From positions 11,966,001-12,030,000 of the forward strand of contig CM022674.1 in NCBI GenBank assembly GCA_012295275.1: DNA of 64,000 bases. The letters run 5' to 3'. The translations under genes were made by a program, and so were the position numbers. The DNA is from Chrysomallon squamiferum. Taxonomy: Eukaryota > Animalia > Mollusca. A model generated the notes under the pieces. It did not search any database. It saw nothing but the letters and a program-made list of their open reading frames with translations, and was not told the DNA's origin. Positions 1-16,261 of this stretch are shown here, piece by piece; the stretch's first letter is position 1; every line of letters begins with the position of its first letter.

Positions 1-116
1 CGTATGTCTCGCTGTGTCTATGTGCGTCTGATGTTTGTCTGTATCTGTGTATGTCTGTCTAGTCTATATGTCTGTCAGTTTAATCAGTATTTGACTGAAT
101 TCACTGTATGTATTTA

Positions 117-148
<32 letters not shown>

Positions 149-508
149 CTGTCTGTCTGTCTGTTTATCATATTATCAATCTATCTTCCGCTTTAACGAT
201 TTTTTTTCCTCTGTATATCTATCAGCTTGACGACTTGTCTAATAATTAACATGTAAACATCAGGTGACAGAGAAGATTAACGTGTTTATTTTCTAATACA
301 AACTTTTCTTTCATCTTGTAATCAGTTGTTGTTTTGACACATTAATCAAACGACCAAGTCAGCGCATTTATATAATAAACTTTCCATCCATTCGTCCATA
401 ACCTTTTACGTCATCACTGTGTTCATTCATCTGTCCTTATGTTCATTCGTCATCCATCCTTTCATTAATCTCTATCACCACCTATCTAGTGCGAAAAAAG
501 GTGTGTAC

Positions 509-694
<186 letters not shown>

Positions 695-1675
695 ACTGCA
701 GACTTTGTGTATAAGTAGAAATTTTAAAGTTTTCTTCTGACTCAGTCAAGTGGATCAAATCCAATCAGAGTCTCAACTTCAGACTCGCCAGTGACAATTG
801 TTTAATATTGGACGTCTCTGAAATTTCCTGTTCACGCAAGTTCTCACACAAGAGCGCGTCTGGGCGATATTACAACACGTGTGTGTAAAATCACGTACCT
901 CGAGACGTTACAGATTGTCCTCGGCACAAAGTACGTGTGTCCGTTTCTGATACGCTGTTTTCAGTGAATCTTCTCTTTCTGTCTGTTTGTTTGTCTGTAT
1001 TATTGTAACACCATAGGAGATGTTAAGTTTTTCTCTCTGTTTCTGTTTCCGTCCCTGATGTCTCTCTCTCCCTCTTTCCGTCATTTTCTTTCTCTCTTTC
1101 TATCTCTAAATTTTAAAATATTTCTGTGAAGTCATATGTGTCTGCCTGCTTCTGTGTACAGACATAATGTAGTATATATATATATATATATATATATACC
1201 CACACACACATATCAATTTTATATAAAATGAGTAAAGTGAATATTAACAAGCTGACTTTTTAAATTGTCTATATTTTCCCTTGCCAGTCAATTCTGCATT
1301 TATGTTAGTTAGAAAACCATTATGAAATTCTGTCAATATCAATCTTCATAATTTAGCTTTATTTCCTCGACATTTGACTGTAAATAGTCTCCCACGACTG
1401 AGTATGGAGCAGTTGATTCCAGTTTTAATTTGCCGATTCTATTTCTCAAGCTGATTCTATTGCAATGTGATACGATTTCAATATATAATTTGTCTGTCTG
1501 TCTGTCTGTTCTCGTTAACTGAAAAACAATTTATTGTAATTGAATACAGTGTGGCTCGTTATATATTTATTATTTATTTTTGTTTCAGTGAAATTTCAGT
1601 ATTACTACGTTTATTAATTTATTTATTTAATTTAGTTTTTTTATACTCTTTTTATGATGTGAAACGTTAATGAAA

Positions 1676-1763
<88 letters not shown>

Positions 1764-2727
1764 TTATCTCTTTTATCTCTGTTTCCGTCTTTTGTTTCTC
1801 TCAGTTTATATCTGTTTGTTCGTTTATCTCTCTGTTTCTTTCTTTCTGTTTCTTTCAATTTATATCTAGTTTTTTACTTTTTTTTCTCTCTGTTGCGTTC
1901 CTTCTTTCTTTACTTTTCTTTCTCTCTGTCTTTCTGTCTCTTTCTCTAAATGTACACATGCATATAATACCATCGTGTGTGTGTGTGTGTGTGTAATAAA
2001 ACTCTCTATATTTGTACGACTGTTTGTCTGATAGACAGTATTAAATATATACAACGGTTTATCTATCAGCGACTATATTACAGCCTGTTCCAAGTATTCA
2101 GTAAACTGTCTGACTCTTGGTAATAGGTACATGTTGGTTTAACAGGACCAGTGGTCACGTGATCTCATCTCCATCTTCAGTATACATTAACTCTGAGTCT
2201 ATCACGTAATTTTTATTATTTTTTTTTTTTCTTTCTTTCGTTTTCTTTTTCTACCTCATTAATCTTAGTTGGTAATTTTCTGAGATGAGATTGTTTGCGT
2301 TGAGGGTGATGTAAGAAAACAGAGACGTGATGTAAAGTAAACAGTGTGAAGGTGAGGAGATGGGGCGTGGACTTGTGAAGCTTTTATTCAATTTAGCTCC
2401 CACTGCGTTTGTTTAGCGACGTCGTTAGACACGCTCGTTCTGTACGACGTCAGATGTAAATACCTAGCACACCACCGTGAAATATCAGATTTGTCTTTAA
2501 TGACATCACCACACTTCACTGACTAGTTTACTTTTAATATCGCACGTAATCAGATGTAAAACAGACTTGTGTTAAAGAGTCACTTTTAAAAAAAAAAAAT
2601 TAAATAACAACGCTAAAGTACACTTATTTTCAAGATTGACTATTAAAGCATACGATAGGAAATCAAAATTTGACATTATAATTTTAAATTCATTTGTTTA
2701 TTTATGTGTTGATCTATGATTATTATT

Positions 2728-2759
<32 letters not shown>

Positions 2760-3675
2760 TATTATTATTATATTTTTATTATTATTATTTTTTGGCACTT
2801 ATTTTGTTTTAATTTATGTCTAGTAGTATACATTTTGTTATTTTTCTGTCAGTCTCTCCGTCTCTCTGTATGTCCTCTCTCTGTCTCTGTCTCTGTCTGC
2901 CTCCCATATACTTTTAACTAATTTCCGTCTCTCATGTATACATTAGAAAACTTTGAGTCTCTGGTGTACATATTATGAGATTTCTCTTCTACTGAGAATA
3001 TGATTATAAAAAGCACACATGGATGTCGTCTGTTTAACACACTGACTAAGTGTGTCGCAGTGACAGATGAAACTAGTCTAAGTGAGGTCAGATATTCATA
3101 TTTTAGAAGAAGATGTATCTTCTCATGCAAATGTGCTGAACAGATTCGCCATTTGCATTTCAATGGCTGCCATCGTTTAGAAAGTGATTATTTATACGTC
3201 ATTAGTTGTGAAGTATGTTCCTTATTTGAAAATCGATCCTGTTTTTTTGAAAAATAGAAATTAATAAATAAAATGAATAACCCTTGTCAGCAGTCTTACT
3301 TATAAAGACATGCAGACCCACAGACACACACACAGAGTTAAGGGTACTTAATATGCGGGTGTGAGCATGGAATGCGTTTATTTTCGCTCAGGTTTCTAAA
3401 AAAAAAAAAAAAAAAAAAAAATTTTATTAGTTATTTCGTTCGTACATTTTATCCAGTATTTTTTCTTTCGTTCATTTTGTGTGTTTTATTATTTTCTTTC
3501 TTTCTTTTCTTTCTTTTTTTATTTATTCGATTGTTGTATTTTTTATATATATATATTTATTTATGTTGCTTTATTCAATCATATATTTTCATTCATTAAA
3601 ACATCTTCTTATTCACTCGTACTTTCTTCCATTCCTTCCCTTCGTTTTCTGATCTTCCCTCACCTCGCTTCTGTC

Positions 3676-3779
<104 letters not shown>

Positions 3780-5153
3780 AACTCTTCCTTAGTCGCCGAC
3801 GAAGATGACGATGTACGTGCAGCGTTTCGAAAACGAAGACTTTAAACTGCAGCTTTAAACTGACCCGGGGACAAAGAGTTAAAAAAAAAAAAAAAAAACA
3901 GCGACCCACTCACCCACAATAGAAACAAATAACGTCAGGTGTCCTCCATTAGGCTTCCCTAGCAAACATCAAAGACACAAGTTTCTTAAGGGCGAAAGAA
4001 CAAGTGCTAATTATGGTAGAGAGGTCTGAAAAGCAAAAACTGTGGTGTGAGATTAGCTCAGTGACTCCTCGAGGACTCGATGATTGTCAGATAGTGATTG
4101 TGACTGTTCAGTTAATATTTCTGTACTTATTTCGATATCACGGTTTGTATATATAAAGTCTCGGGAAATAATCTTCACCGAGATTAATTTGGGCTGTCCG
4201 CAGCAACGACTTCTCTTAATGAAATACTGACGTTGTTGTTGTTGTTATCGCATTTTTGATATTTTCTGATTTGCCTTCAGACTGGGGCAAATGGTGTTTG
4301 TCTCTTTCTTTTTTCGTCTCTGTAGCTATCTAGCTATATGTCTATTTATTTATCTCTCTGTGCATGTATATGTGTGTATTCTTTTATACAACCTCTGCTA
4401 TCAAAACTGCACTTTATGATAAGACAGATGTAGAATCTACGTCTTTAATTAGTTTAAACTGCTGGTATTTAGACTGACAAGATCTCTCTCTCTTTCACGT
4501 CTTTCCCAGAACTGAGTAAGGAAGTACAATTATCATTACAGATCTTTTTTCAAACTAATTTTGTCACAAAGAGACACGAAGTCTTGAACAGAGAGCCAAA
4601 GTTCCTGGAGTCTTCTTTGATAAAGAGACTGATTCTTTCGTCATCTTGTGTATTTCTTGTTTAGATTTCTTAACTATTAAAATTTATGTCACTTCGAAGA
4701 TTACAGAGTTTTGCGTTTGTGTGTATGCATGTAATATTCATTAAAACCTTTTACACATAAATACTCAGATAAATATGTTAATTTCTTCTTCTTTACATGT
4801 CTTAATCTGTGATCTTAAATTTACCGTAAAGTGTACGTGAGACATAATGAGGTCCTTCTAGAACGGAACAAAATAAATGTCATCTGAAACGTCTGTTGGT
4901 TTTATTAGCGCACACGCAGACGTAGCGCGTCACACAAAAGCACGCGTGTCTGGGTCAGTGGTTGCTAGCGACACAACTTCCGTCGTCTGACACTTTTGGC
5001 GGATGTTGGCTTGTCGTCTGCTCGATGACGCGAGACACCGGAAACGAAACCAATTTGGCCTTTTTCCTTTCACCTTCATTTCTTTTCAGTTTTTCCTTTC
5101 CTTCTTTGTTTCCCCCTCCTGTTACGACTTCTGTTAGATAGATAGATAGATAG

Positions 5154-5270
<117 letters not shown>

Positions 5271-6113
5271 AGACAGTGAGAGAAAGATATGAAAATCTTT
5301 ATTTCATCATGATTATCATCATCATCATAATCTTCTTCTACTTTTTCTTTTTGTTTCCTTCCATTTAACCCTAAATAAAACAGTAATTTAAAAGCAACGC
5401 TATCTTTCCTGTATTTATTAATCAAATCGATAGCACAATAAAACGCAAAGTTATCCGATTGTACCAGTCTTTATCTAACGACAAAGATCACTACGTTAAC
5501 ATCTGACGAAAAATGATGTTTTTTTTGTTTTTTTTTTACCAGTTCGGTAAAAAGAAGGTTAAGTACTAAAAATATTAACTTTTATTTTGACGTTAAAGTA
5601 CCTAATAACCGGATTAGTCGTATTTGAAATATAATTAAAAGAAAACACGGATTCACAAAATATGGGATGTAAATAAGGACACATCTGTGCTTTATGATTT
5701 CACGTCAGTTTAACGATAAACAGCCCTTTGTCGTCCTGTGTTCCCATCTGGTCTCGACCACATTTTGTGTTCCCTTAATTCGTATTTAATCCATGGCTAA
5801 ATAAAGTGTAGAAGTAATATAATGGAGAAGAATGGAGGAAAAGGGAAACAATGAATCGAAAACACAACAAAGACGGAAAAAGTGGAAAAAATAATAAAAT
5901 GAAAAGAAGAATTAACTGACACAGATTACTGAATCGTACGTCGGCTCTGTAACAAAAGCCAGAAAGAAAAGCACAGACAAACACAGCCGTATAAACACTT
6001 TCAGAGATAAACACATACACATTAACACACAAACACAGAAACACACACATTTATATATATATGTAGATATAGATAGGTTGAGAGCTTCAGATGCATACAT
6101 ACATATATACATT

Positions 6114-6145
<32 letters not shown>

Positions 6146-7864
6146 CATACATACACATACACACATACATACACATACACACAATCATACAAAAATACAC
6201 AATCAAACCCTTTCTGATAAATAACTGGAAAAACAAAGTAAATACATAATTAAAATAGAGGGAAAGATAAAATGCACTGTTAAGTATTAAGTATTCAAAC
6301 TAATGTGGTCGTTAAACCTGTTGTATACTTGTGTGTATTGTATCGACTAACCATTCACAACACAATTTATCAGTTTACTTTAATTCCCACCAATAAATGG
6401 GTGACCGCCGTTGTCGTGGATGTTGTTATTGTTGTTGTTGTTATTGTCGTAGCTCAGAACTCCCAGGAGAAAACGTTGAGAACTGTACTCTGATTAACCG
6501 ATTCGGTTGGTTGACTGTCAAGTAGTGCTCGTAGATATGCAATAAAACGAATAACTCCCTCGGTGCCGTTTGATACCTTTTCATCTCCAGACTGAGTGTT
6601 TTTATTTCACTGTCTATGAATTAGTAATTATCTCGTGAAAAATGATGATTTTCAGATTAAATGAGTTCACTAATGTCTATTAGGACTTTTTGCACTCGGT
6701 CAAAAAAAAAAAAAAAAAAAAAACCGTCAGTGATCTGTATTAAAAATATCTCTCGTTGAAAGAACCCACGTTGTAAATGGCGATTCTCTATTTAAAGTAT
6801 TACTGAGGAGTATCTGTGATGTTTGGTCGGTTTGTTGATATTCTGTACACGTCGAAGGAATTATGTGGGGTTTTTTAATTACAAAATAACTTTATAATGA
6901 ATAAAGTATGAGCGTGACGTCCATGGTAGCTACCATTTCTTTGACGTCACATAGTATTTGGAAATGATTTACTCAGGGTTATGTTTTCTAAATTTTATAA
7001 TCACTGAGGATATCTTTGTGAATCTGTCACATACACCCGTCTGTGGTTTAACGTATCTTCTTGTTTTTATGTTTTACATCTCCAAGTTCGAGCTGACGAC
7101 AACAAACAAGTTACTACTACAACTGCTACTTCTGCTGCTACTGCTGCAGCAACTTCTACCATTAATGCTACTACAGTTACTATTACCACTAACAGTTCTG
7201 ATAGAACAATAACTGCTAATATTACCAATACAACATCTACTGCTACTACTACTGCAGCTCTTCTATAACTACAACTACTATACTGCTTACTACTTTTATT
7301 GTTACAGCTACTTCTAATACTACTACTGTTACTATTACTACCACTACTAGTACTACTACGTGTGCAGCAACTGCAGCTATTGTAACTGCAGTTGTCAATA
7401 TCGAAACTGAAACATTTTTCCTGATAATTATTATACTTAATTTTTTCTTCTTTTAATTTTCATTCATCAATACATTTTTGTTTCAATCCATTTTTTATGC
7501 TTCTTCTTTATTTTTCTTCTTTTTTTTTTTTTTTTATCTCTGACGAAATTACACAAACCCCGAACACCTAAAAATAATAAATAAAAATTAACGATGACAG
7601 TAAATGGCATGAACACAATAAGTGTTGCTGTTCAGTGGTGTTAAAACAGTTCTAAAATGTGACGAAACTCGCCACGTTGTGTCGATGAGGTCATGAATCA
7701 GTAACGTGACGCATAAATCACGTGTCTCGCCGAGGCAGACGATATCCGGTGCGCGTCACAAGGGAGTCATGTTCTTGTCACCAGACGACATGGAAATCCC
7801 GCTTTATTTGACGTCTGCTTTTTTATAGAGCAGACGACCCGATATGAACAATTGGACAACTTTT

Positions 7865-7899
<35 letters not shown>

Positions 7900-9887
7900 T
7901 GTATTGTTGCTATTATTCACTGATGTAGAGAGGCAGCTACTAACACTACATTTAAGACAGAAAAAAATAATAAAAAGAAATAAAAAGTCTAACAGTACAA
8001 TGATCATTATAAATTTGATCTATTTTTATTTAATCAACTTTTTATCTGCCTTTATACTTGCATATTTATTTGAATTATTATTATCATCATCATTATCATC
8101 ATCATCAGTGGCTGATTTACGGGTTTATAAAGTAGAATTAGAAAAAAGGTAATTTTAGTAACAGAAGCAATATTTCTATTTATCACTGGTAGTAATAGTA
8201 ATAAAACTAGTAATATTAATAGTAATTGTAATAGTAGCAGCTGCAGTAATAATAATAATAATAGTAATAAACACAGAGTAGTAGTAACAGTAATAGTGGC
8301 AGTATTAGTTGTGCTGATAGTAATAGTAGTAGTAGTAGTTGTCGTCGTCGTATTTAAATTTTATTTATGTAGATGGCAGAGTTGTTTATATGGTGACCGT
8401 TACTAGTTATGCTATTTAAAAAATAAAGTGTTATATTTATTTTACTAAATTATACTATTTAACTAAAGTTGTGAATTTTTTTCCTAAAATCGCTGAAATA
8501 AGTAAAATTCTTACACTTGAAGAAAAACAACCAAAAATTCGATGAGACATGACATAATTCTACTCTACAGCTCAGGACACAATAAGATTTTTTTTTTTTT
8601 TTTTTTTTTTTGCGATGAATGGACTAGACCGCTCACACGAGAGAATCACTGAATCTGATTAACCTCGAAACTGGTGTGTCTCCGTATTACGCCAGTACTT
8701 ATTAATATACATCCGGCATGCTAATGTTTGCCAGTTAGGTTTCGGTCTCTATGATTTTTGTAGTCGGCGCCAGTATCACTTTCTCGTGGCACTCTCAAAA
8801 CGTGCTGCCACTGGTCCGCTGGGAGTTTGCAGTAATTAAATCAGATAGTTGCGAAATTCGAGTAATTTACAAACTGATAATGTGATACGCAACGCACTGG
8901 CTTGGAGAGAAGAAATATCAAAGAAGAAAAATCTCTCGAAGGATTTTTCAAACAAAAAAAAAAAATTGAAAAAAAAGAAGAAGATTCAGTCTTACTTTTT
9001 AAGCTACAAAGCTCAATTACTTTCAGGATGGAATAATGGCCGGTCCAGTCAAGCGTAATCCTCCAGGTTTCTGATGAAGTTAAGTGTTGTGAATGCAAGA
9101 TTGTTTGCCATTTACAAATTACTGCCTTGCTAAGCTGTGTATCAAACCAGGATCGACTGTTTTAATTGTTTGATGGCGGGGCTTGGTCCCTAAAGGGTTA
9201 ACGGGAGATGGGCTGATGACGCCTGAAGCTTGTGGAAATTAACTAGCACATATTCAACACTGTTCACCTCGTTAGTTACGCCGTGTAGACTGATACTCCG
9301 TAATGCATTTGTGCTTTTAGTGAGATGTTCGGCAAAATTCGTTTGTTTTCGACTACGATGATTAAATTGTGGTTTAATATGAATAGACGTAGAAAAAAAA
9401 AAGTGATATAATCGTACTTTTATAACATTTCTTTTCACTTTATAATAAAATATTAAAAATGTTCACCAAATGTATCAAACATTATTAATATTAAATTACA
9501 TTTTAATATTTTTAAAAATAAAAACAAAACAAAACAAACGCGGCAAAATTGTTCATTTTATATGAAATTTTTGAAATGATATATCTCGTATCATTTTGAA
9601 ATGATATATGATATATCAACAAACCGCCCACACGCCTACCAAAAAAAAAAAACAGTACAAAACCAACACTAACCAAACAGACAGAATAGATCCGAAGTCG
9701 CCTCTGTGAATTACGATTTCTGTTAATATTATTACATGTATACGTAGTAATATATCTTGTGTCATAACAGTCAGCACAAGTTTAAATATCTTCAGATGAA
9801 AGTTAAAGAACAAGCAGAAAATAGCAGATGTCTGTTGCCGCTGTTTACATTTTATAAATGACGCAATTAATTAACTAATATCTCCAA

Positions 9888-9922
<35 letters not shown>

Positions 9923-10634
9923 TTTTTAATATCGCGAATGCAGCTCATCGATGTCAAAGGAGATTCCTTTTTTATTTTATCGTAGCGGTCGTATTAGTAG
10001 TAGTAATATTAGGAGTAATAGCATAGAAATAGTAATAGTAATGACCGTAACAATAGTAATAGCAATAGTAGTAAAAATAAAAATAATAGAAACAGTAGTA
10101 GTAGTAGTAGTAGTAATAACAGTTGTAGTAGTAGTAGTATTAATAGAAATAATAGCAGCAGCAGTAATGCTTAAAAAAAAAAAAAAAAAAAAAAAAAATT
10201 ATCGACAAAATGTGAATTCTCTGAAAATATTTACACAAACATTCATATCAAACCCTTCTAGCACTTTCTCTCTCTATATATATATATATTTAAAACCTTT
10301 TTGTGTAACTTTATTCATCGTTAAGTTCTCAGTTTTCTCAAACTGCTGTCAAATAACGAGACCAGACCTGCGGCACGCGGGCTATTTTTGCAGCGGAAGT
10401 GAGAAAGTGTTAATGGTGAACGGAGTGACAGACGCGAGTGACAAGCGGACATGTTTCTTTTCAGTGTCTGCGTCTCTCGAGAAACGTTTGTTAAAAACCC
10501 TCGAAGAGTTTACTGCAGCCTCGAGTGTTGTTTCGTTAAGAAAAAAACAAATTAGTTAAAATTTAAAAAGTCTTATCTTGCGATGGTCGTTTGAAGATTT
10601 GTAATTTGAGCAGGTTATAAAAAAAAAGTGTTCT

Positions 10635-10735
10635 GGGTGGCTCAGTGGTTAGAACAGTCGTTTAAGGATCATAGGATCAGTCCGCGTGATTGTATTTTCC
10701 CATTCCAACTAGAGCTCAAAGACTGATATATAAAA
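10635..10735 (+). mobile_element. Possible degraded tRNA-derived SINE head
   Basis: Pol III A-box-like GGTGGCTCAGTGGTTAGA; no convincing B box or cloverleaf. Confidence 0.3.
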
Positions 10736-11050
10736 AAAATGTACTGTTTGTTTGTCTACTTAAAAAAAAGATATTCCTCGTTCTAGTAAAAACGTATTTA
10801 TCAGTGTTGAAGGTCAATTTGTTTATTTATACAGTACATTTATTTTCCCGTTTCCTGTGAATACCCACAGTATAACACAGCAAATATTGTGCTATCTGTT
10901 TATTTATATACAATAAGTTTGTATTTCGTTCCAATCAAAGGATATATCATAAGATATTTGTACGTAATGTAATGTACTGTAATGTAATGTAATGTCTGTT
11001 GTGCATGATATTAAAAATGTTTCATTTGAACTTAAAGTGATTACAGTGGA

Positions 11051-11094
<44 letters not shown>

Positions 11095-11268
11095 TACTAC
11101 TACAACTACAACTACAACTACAACTACTACTGTTACTGCTACTGCTACTACTACAACTACAACTACTACTATTACTGCTACTACTACTACTATTATTATT
11201 ACACACAAAATAGAATGTTTCAGAGAAGAGAAAATATAACATTAAAATGTGTTTGTTTGTTTTTGCAG

Positions 11269-11301
11269 AATTACTTGGCGTATCCCAGACTAGGAAGATC
11301 G
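11269..11301 (+). CDS. SCP: SCP peptide microexon (33 nt), NYLAYPRL-GR-S
   Basis: Acceptor tttttgcag|AAT and donor TCG|gtaagt; 11 codons, phase 0-0; joins in frame to 18088. Confidence 0.88.
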
Positions 11302-11523
11302 GTAAGTAGGCTTCCCGTTTATATATATTGTTGTTATTCAGTGCAAATTTAATTCAGACTCAAAGGTTCAAATCTGTAAAGACACACTGATGCACTGACT
11401 TATAGTTACTGAGATAATAATTCAGCCTGAAGCATTTTTTTTCAAGAATTTATTTTAAGCTATTAAATGTATTTCATTATTAATTTTTATTTCAGTTTTA
11501 ACTTCTGTTGTTCTTTCCTCAAG

Positions 11524-11597
<74 letters not shown>

Positions 11598-12601
11598 AGT
11601 TGTTTTTTGAATGTTGTCACGAACGTTCACCTGTCGAGTGAATGCGCCAGCAGATAAGAGTTGTGTTGTGAAGCAGTCTTTATCAACTAATTAACAGATT
11701 AAGTGACGGCTTCAAGTGGTCACTGAACGGTCAATTGACCACTCGCTCATTTACTGTCAATTAGAAAATTTATATACACTTGATATTTTTTCTTTTTCTA
11801 CTTCTTCTTCTTCTTCTAGTTATCATTATCATCATTATCATCGTCATCATCATCACCGTTATACGAGTATATACGAGTTTTTAGATACTATTTACATATT
11901 TAACTTTGTATAAATAATGTATTTTTTTTTCTATGTGTTTCTGTTTGTGTGTGTAAAGGGTTTATGTTTTCTGTTATAATGAAGAACATATGTTTTTGTG
12001 CTTTTTTTTTCTTTTTGTAATAAAAGGATACATTGGAGAAAAAGGTTTGTAGCTAAGTAAAAAAAAATTCTTTCTTAATAAATAAATAAAGAGTAAAAAA
12101 TAGAAATGTAAAAAGAGATTTAAAAAGAGAAAAGAATTGAAAAGAAATTTCATTTAACAACTCAGCTACACAGTTTTGTGTGGTCTCGGTTCACTATAAT
12201 GTTTCTCTAACCAGTCTGTGAAGTAACATTGTACATTTTACTCCTTGCAGCTTAGTAAACAAGACGTTTCAGATAAACTTGTGCAGTCAGTGCTCAACGG
12301 ACAGTTTTACGCCTTACCCAGAAGGCGACATATTTCAGCGGGCCCACCAGTGGTAGTAGACAAAGACACATCATTGAATGCGCTGCGTTTTCTTTATTTC
12401 AGCACAAAAAACAAACAAAAAAACTTGTCTTTTGTAATGATATATGTCATCGATAGACTTTGTAGTTGTAGTATTCTATTAATAATAATAGTTATTATTT
12501 TTGATGTCTTATTATAATTATGTTTTTAATTAATTGTATTATTATTATTTTTTTTTTTTGATTTTTATATTTTATAATTTATTTAATTAATTTGCTTGTT
12601 T

Positions 12602-12646
<45 letters not shown>

Positions 12647-12793
12647 TTTTTTATGTATTTATTTATTTATATATTTATTTGTATAGTTGCTATTTCCTTT
12701 TATTTAATGCATTTTATTTCATTTTTTTTATTTTAATAATTACGATTCTAATGAAATTAATTTGCTGAATTATAAAACTACGATCGTTTGTGC

Positions 12794-12853
<60 letters not shown>

Positions 12854-14569
12854 GTATACCGGTGACATACTTCTATAAACAAATCATCACATTTATTTGT
12901 TGATCACGTTATTTATGTAGTGTTACTTATCAGTAAAATAACACAACTACACAAAAGTCTATGTCTGTTCATAATATCACATTTTTGTACATATTTGTTC
13001 CATTTGCTTGTTTTCATGAAATATTATTATTATTATTATCATCATCATCATCATCATCATCATTATTGTTGTTGCTATTGTTGTTATTCTTGTCATTACT
13101 ATTTTTACTATTCTTATTGCTATTATTGTTTTATTATTATTATTATTACCATCATCATCATCATTTACTATGAATTAGACTAAAACACGTGTACTCCTTG
13201 TGACCAACCCAGGCGTCAGACTATAAATTATTCTTTATAAACGGATACATCGAAATAGGTAAAGAAACTATACTTTTTTAATTTGTATTCGAAATTAAAA
13301 CGATTGGAACTCAGAACATGAACATTATTCAGTAAGAAGACTTGTACATAGGAATTAGTTTGAGAATTTTAAAACTGTGGGGAAAAAATATTCTTTAAGA
13401 AAAGTTATGAGTTTTGTAAATTGTGTAAATACAGAAGTTGAGTCATCTTCTCGCCTACACTTTGAGATGTCACTGAACTTCTTTGTGGAAAGCAAGAGAA
13501 TCAAAGAGGACCTTGAGAATTCATTATTATTTGATAAACGTAGCTCCTAAATTGACACTCAGAGCTCAACGAAAGAACCAAATGCCTGCAGACAGTAAAT
13601 TTAGCGTAAGGTGCTAGATACACTTAATGGAAGGAAAGAAAAGAGATGAAAAGAAAGGGAATAAATAAATATAAAATAAAACAAAATAAAATGAAATAAA
13701 ACAAATCATAAATTACATGAACTGAAATGAAATGAATACATAAATAAATAAATAAAAAATGATATAAATAAAATATATAAAAAAAAAAATTAAAGAAAGA
13801 AAGTAAAAGAAAAGAAAAGAAAAAAGAAAGAAAGAAAAGGTTTGAGTCAAATGCTAAAATATTGTTTTGCTGCAGATTTCTAAATCAAATAACTGTCAAC
13901 TCTCCTGACAGCAGGGACGAAATAGCCTACACAACGTCAACACAACCCTGTGTTTCTCTTAGAATTATCTCCAGAAACGAAGAAGATTCATGCATGCAGG
14001 AATTTCCAAAGACGATTATAAAGGTCTAGAAGACTGCCATTTAATAATCAAAACAATAAAAGGCTTTTTTCCACACCACATACTAAAGTTATTACGTCAT
14101 ATATTACGTCATAAACGGAATCGTTTGAAGATAACATTGATTGGTAATGGCTTTTCACACATTTATATGGTGCGCATTCCCAGAGGGAGGAATTGTGTGA
14201 TCGTACATAAAATGATGGCCAGCAGCTGTACCGCGGGGTAACGCTGGTTTTGTATTAGTTTACTTTATCTTTCCACCAAAAAAAATGGCCGTCATTGTTA
14301 GTGGGTACGTTATGGGAACGTTTCTGATGATATACGAAAATATTTTAATAATAGACTTCGTATGATTTCAAATGTGATTTCCCATGTTATTTTAAACGAG
14401 AGAAAATGTTAGATAAATTTAAAATGATGAAAGTTACGCTGGATTAAGTAGTTTTATTTATCTTTCTGCACCTTTCATTTAAAACTGTGTGTTGCAATCA
14501 TATCGAAATGGAAGCAAACAAACTTAGATAAATATTGTAGAAAATAGAAAGAATATTTTCACAAGTAGA

Positions 14570-14604
<35 letters not shown>

Positions 14605-16202
14605 GTTTATTCGAAGCAAATGCCATCATCCTGCATGATTTCACAGTTTTTATTTTTGTTGTCTTTTCACGATTATTATTGTTGTTGTTGTTGTTTTTGT
14701 TACTGAAACATGATTATGATAAAATTACATTAAAGAACTTCTTTTTTTTTTTTTTCTTTTATTCATTATTAAACCACGCATCATGAAAATATTTAATATC
14801 TATTACTTTTAACACACACTCACGCACACACACACACTTTTAAATCAATTGGTTACCTTTGCAGTTAAGTTACAAATAATTAATATTAGTTTAATATTGA
14901 TTCATATCACTACTTAAGTAATACGTTTTCACTTTTATATTTTGTGTATCTGTCTTATAAGTGGATATATAAACAAGGTGTTGTTATTAATAACCTGTCT
15001 TTAAGAAAATATGAATTTCGTTTCTTCACAAAATTATTTTTATAATTTTCTTTTAGGACAGAGAAAACAGAGGAGGTGGACTTCCGTTTCCAATGCCAAG
15101 GAAACGAGATCAGCACTTGGTATGGTGACGTCACCAAAAGCATGGCTTGTCGCGTCATTGCTGACGTCATAAAGCATGAACTGGCGCATTTTGCAAATGT
15201 CACTAATTAATGTATTTTCAGCATGCGCTGCGCAATTTTAAAATAATGCACCTCGTTTTTTCTCAGCACTTAACAGCAACAGGAAGAGCTTCCCAGAGAA
15301 GAAACCCGCAGTGAGATTAAGTTATAAGTGTTTATAGCTATACCACATCAACAATCCGTATTTCATTCTGAATAATAATAATAATAATAATAATAACAAA
15401 AACAAATAAATAAATAAATAAATAAATAATAAAATAAAAAATAATAAAAAAATAACAGTAATAACAATATACATTTTTCTTTTAGTATCATACTTTATGC
15501 TTTTCATTAGCTTGTTCCCTGTTTCTCTCTGCTACTGCTATCATTTCCAGTAAATTACTCGTTATGCATAAACATTCAAACACGAAGTTAACAAACTGTA
15601 TGTATATATATATATATATAAATATATATCTTGTTTCATTTATATAAGACGATAATGGTGATAACAATATAGGCGCGCACAAACAGCAAAAGCAAAAACA
15701 ACACCAACCACACAAAATAGTTATTATCTATACCGTAACTAATTTTCATAATAATTATTCTGTGATGACGTCGTCTTGTGTTAAAACCACTGCTGAATGT
15801 ACCAGTGGTGCATTCAGTGGCTGGCGTAACTGAAAATTGTCGTCATTAACAGTCAATTTTGATTTACTGTATTTAATCGACGAGACATCCACACGTAATT
15901 GTCTACCGTATTTGATCGAATAAACTGCAAGCAGTAATTATTTTCTAATCGACTTTTTCTCTGTCGGTTGGTAATTTTGTGCTAATTGTACTAAGACTCG
16001 ACGATGTTGAATTGTGATTAAAACCAGAATGAAATTCGAGCAGTTTTGTGGCGTAGCTTCAAGCACTCTCTTCTCTGTTTGTACACTGGAATTAATATAT
16101 GAAAGAGACATTACCTTCATGTTGCTATGGAAACATATTTTATTCTCTTATGTTTATTGCCATGACGACGATAATAACAACAACGTCAACAATAACATCT
16201 GC

Positions 16203-16261
<59 letters not shown>

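Noticed and set aside
10635-10710. tRNA gene
   Set aside because: Only an A-box-like motif; no T-arm consensus or acceptor stem.
13876-14023. Possible further SCP exon (NYLQKRRRF... after the acceptor at 13962)
   Set aside because: Acceptor and donor phases do not fit the phase-0 SCP exons, and the phase-0 frame from 13876 has a stop.
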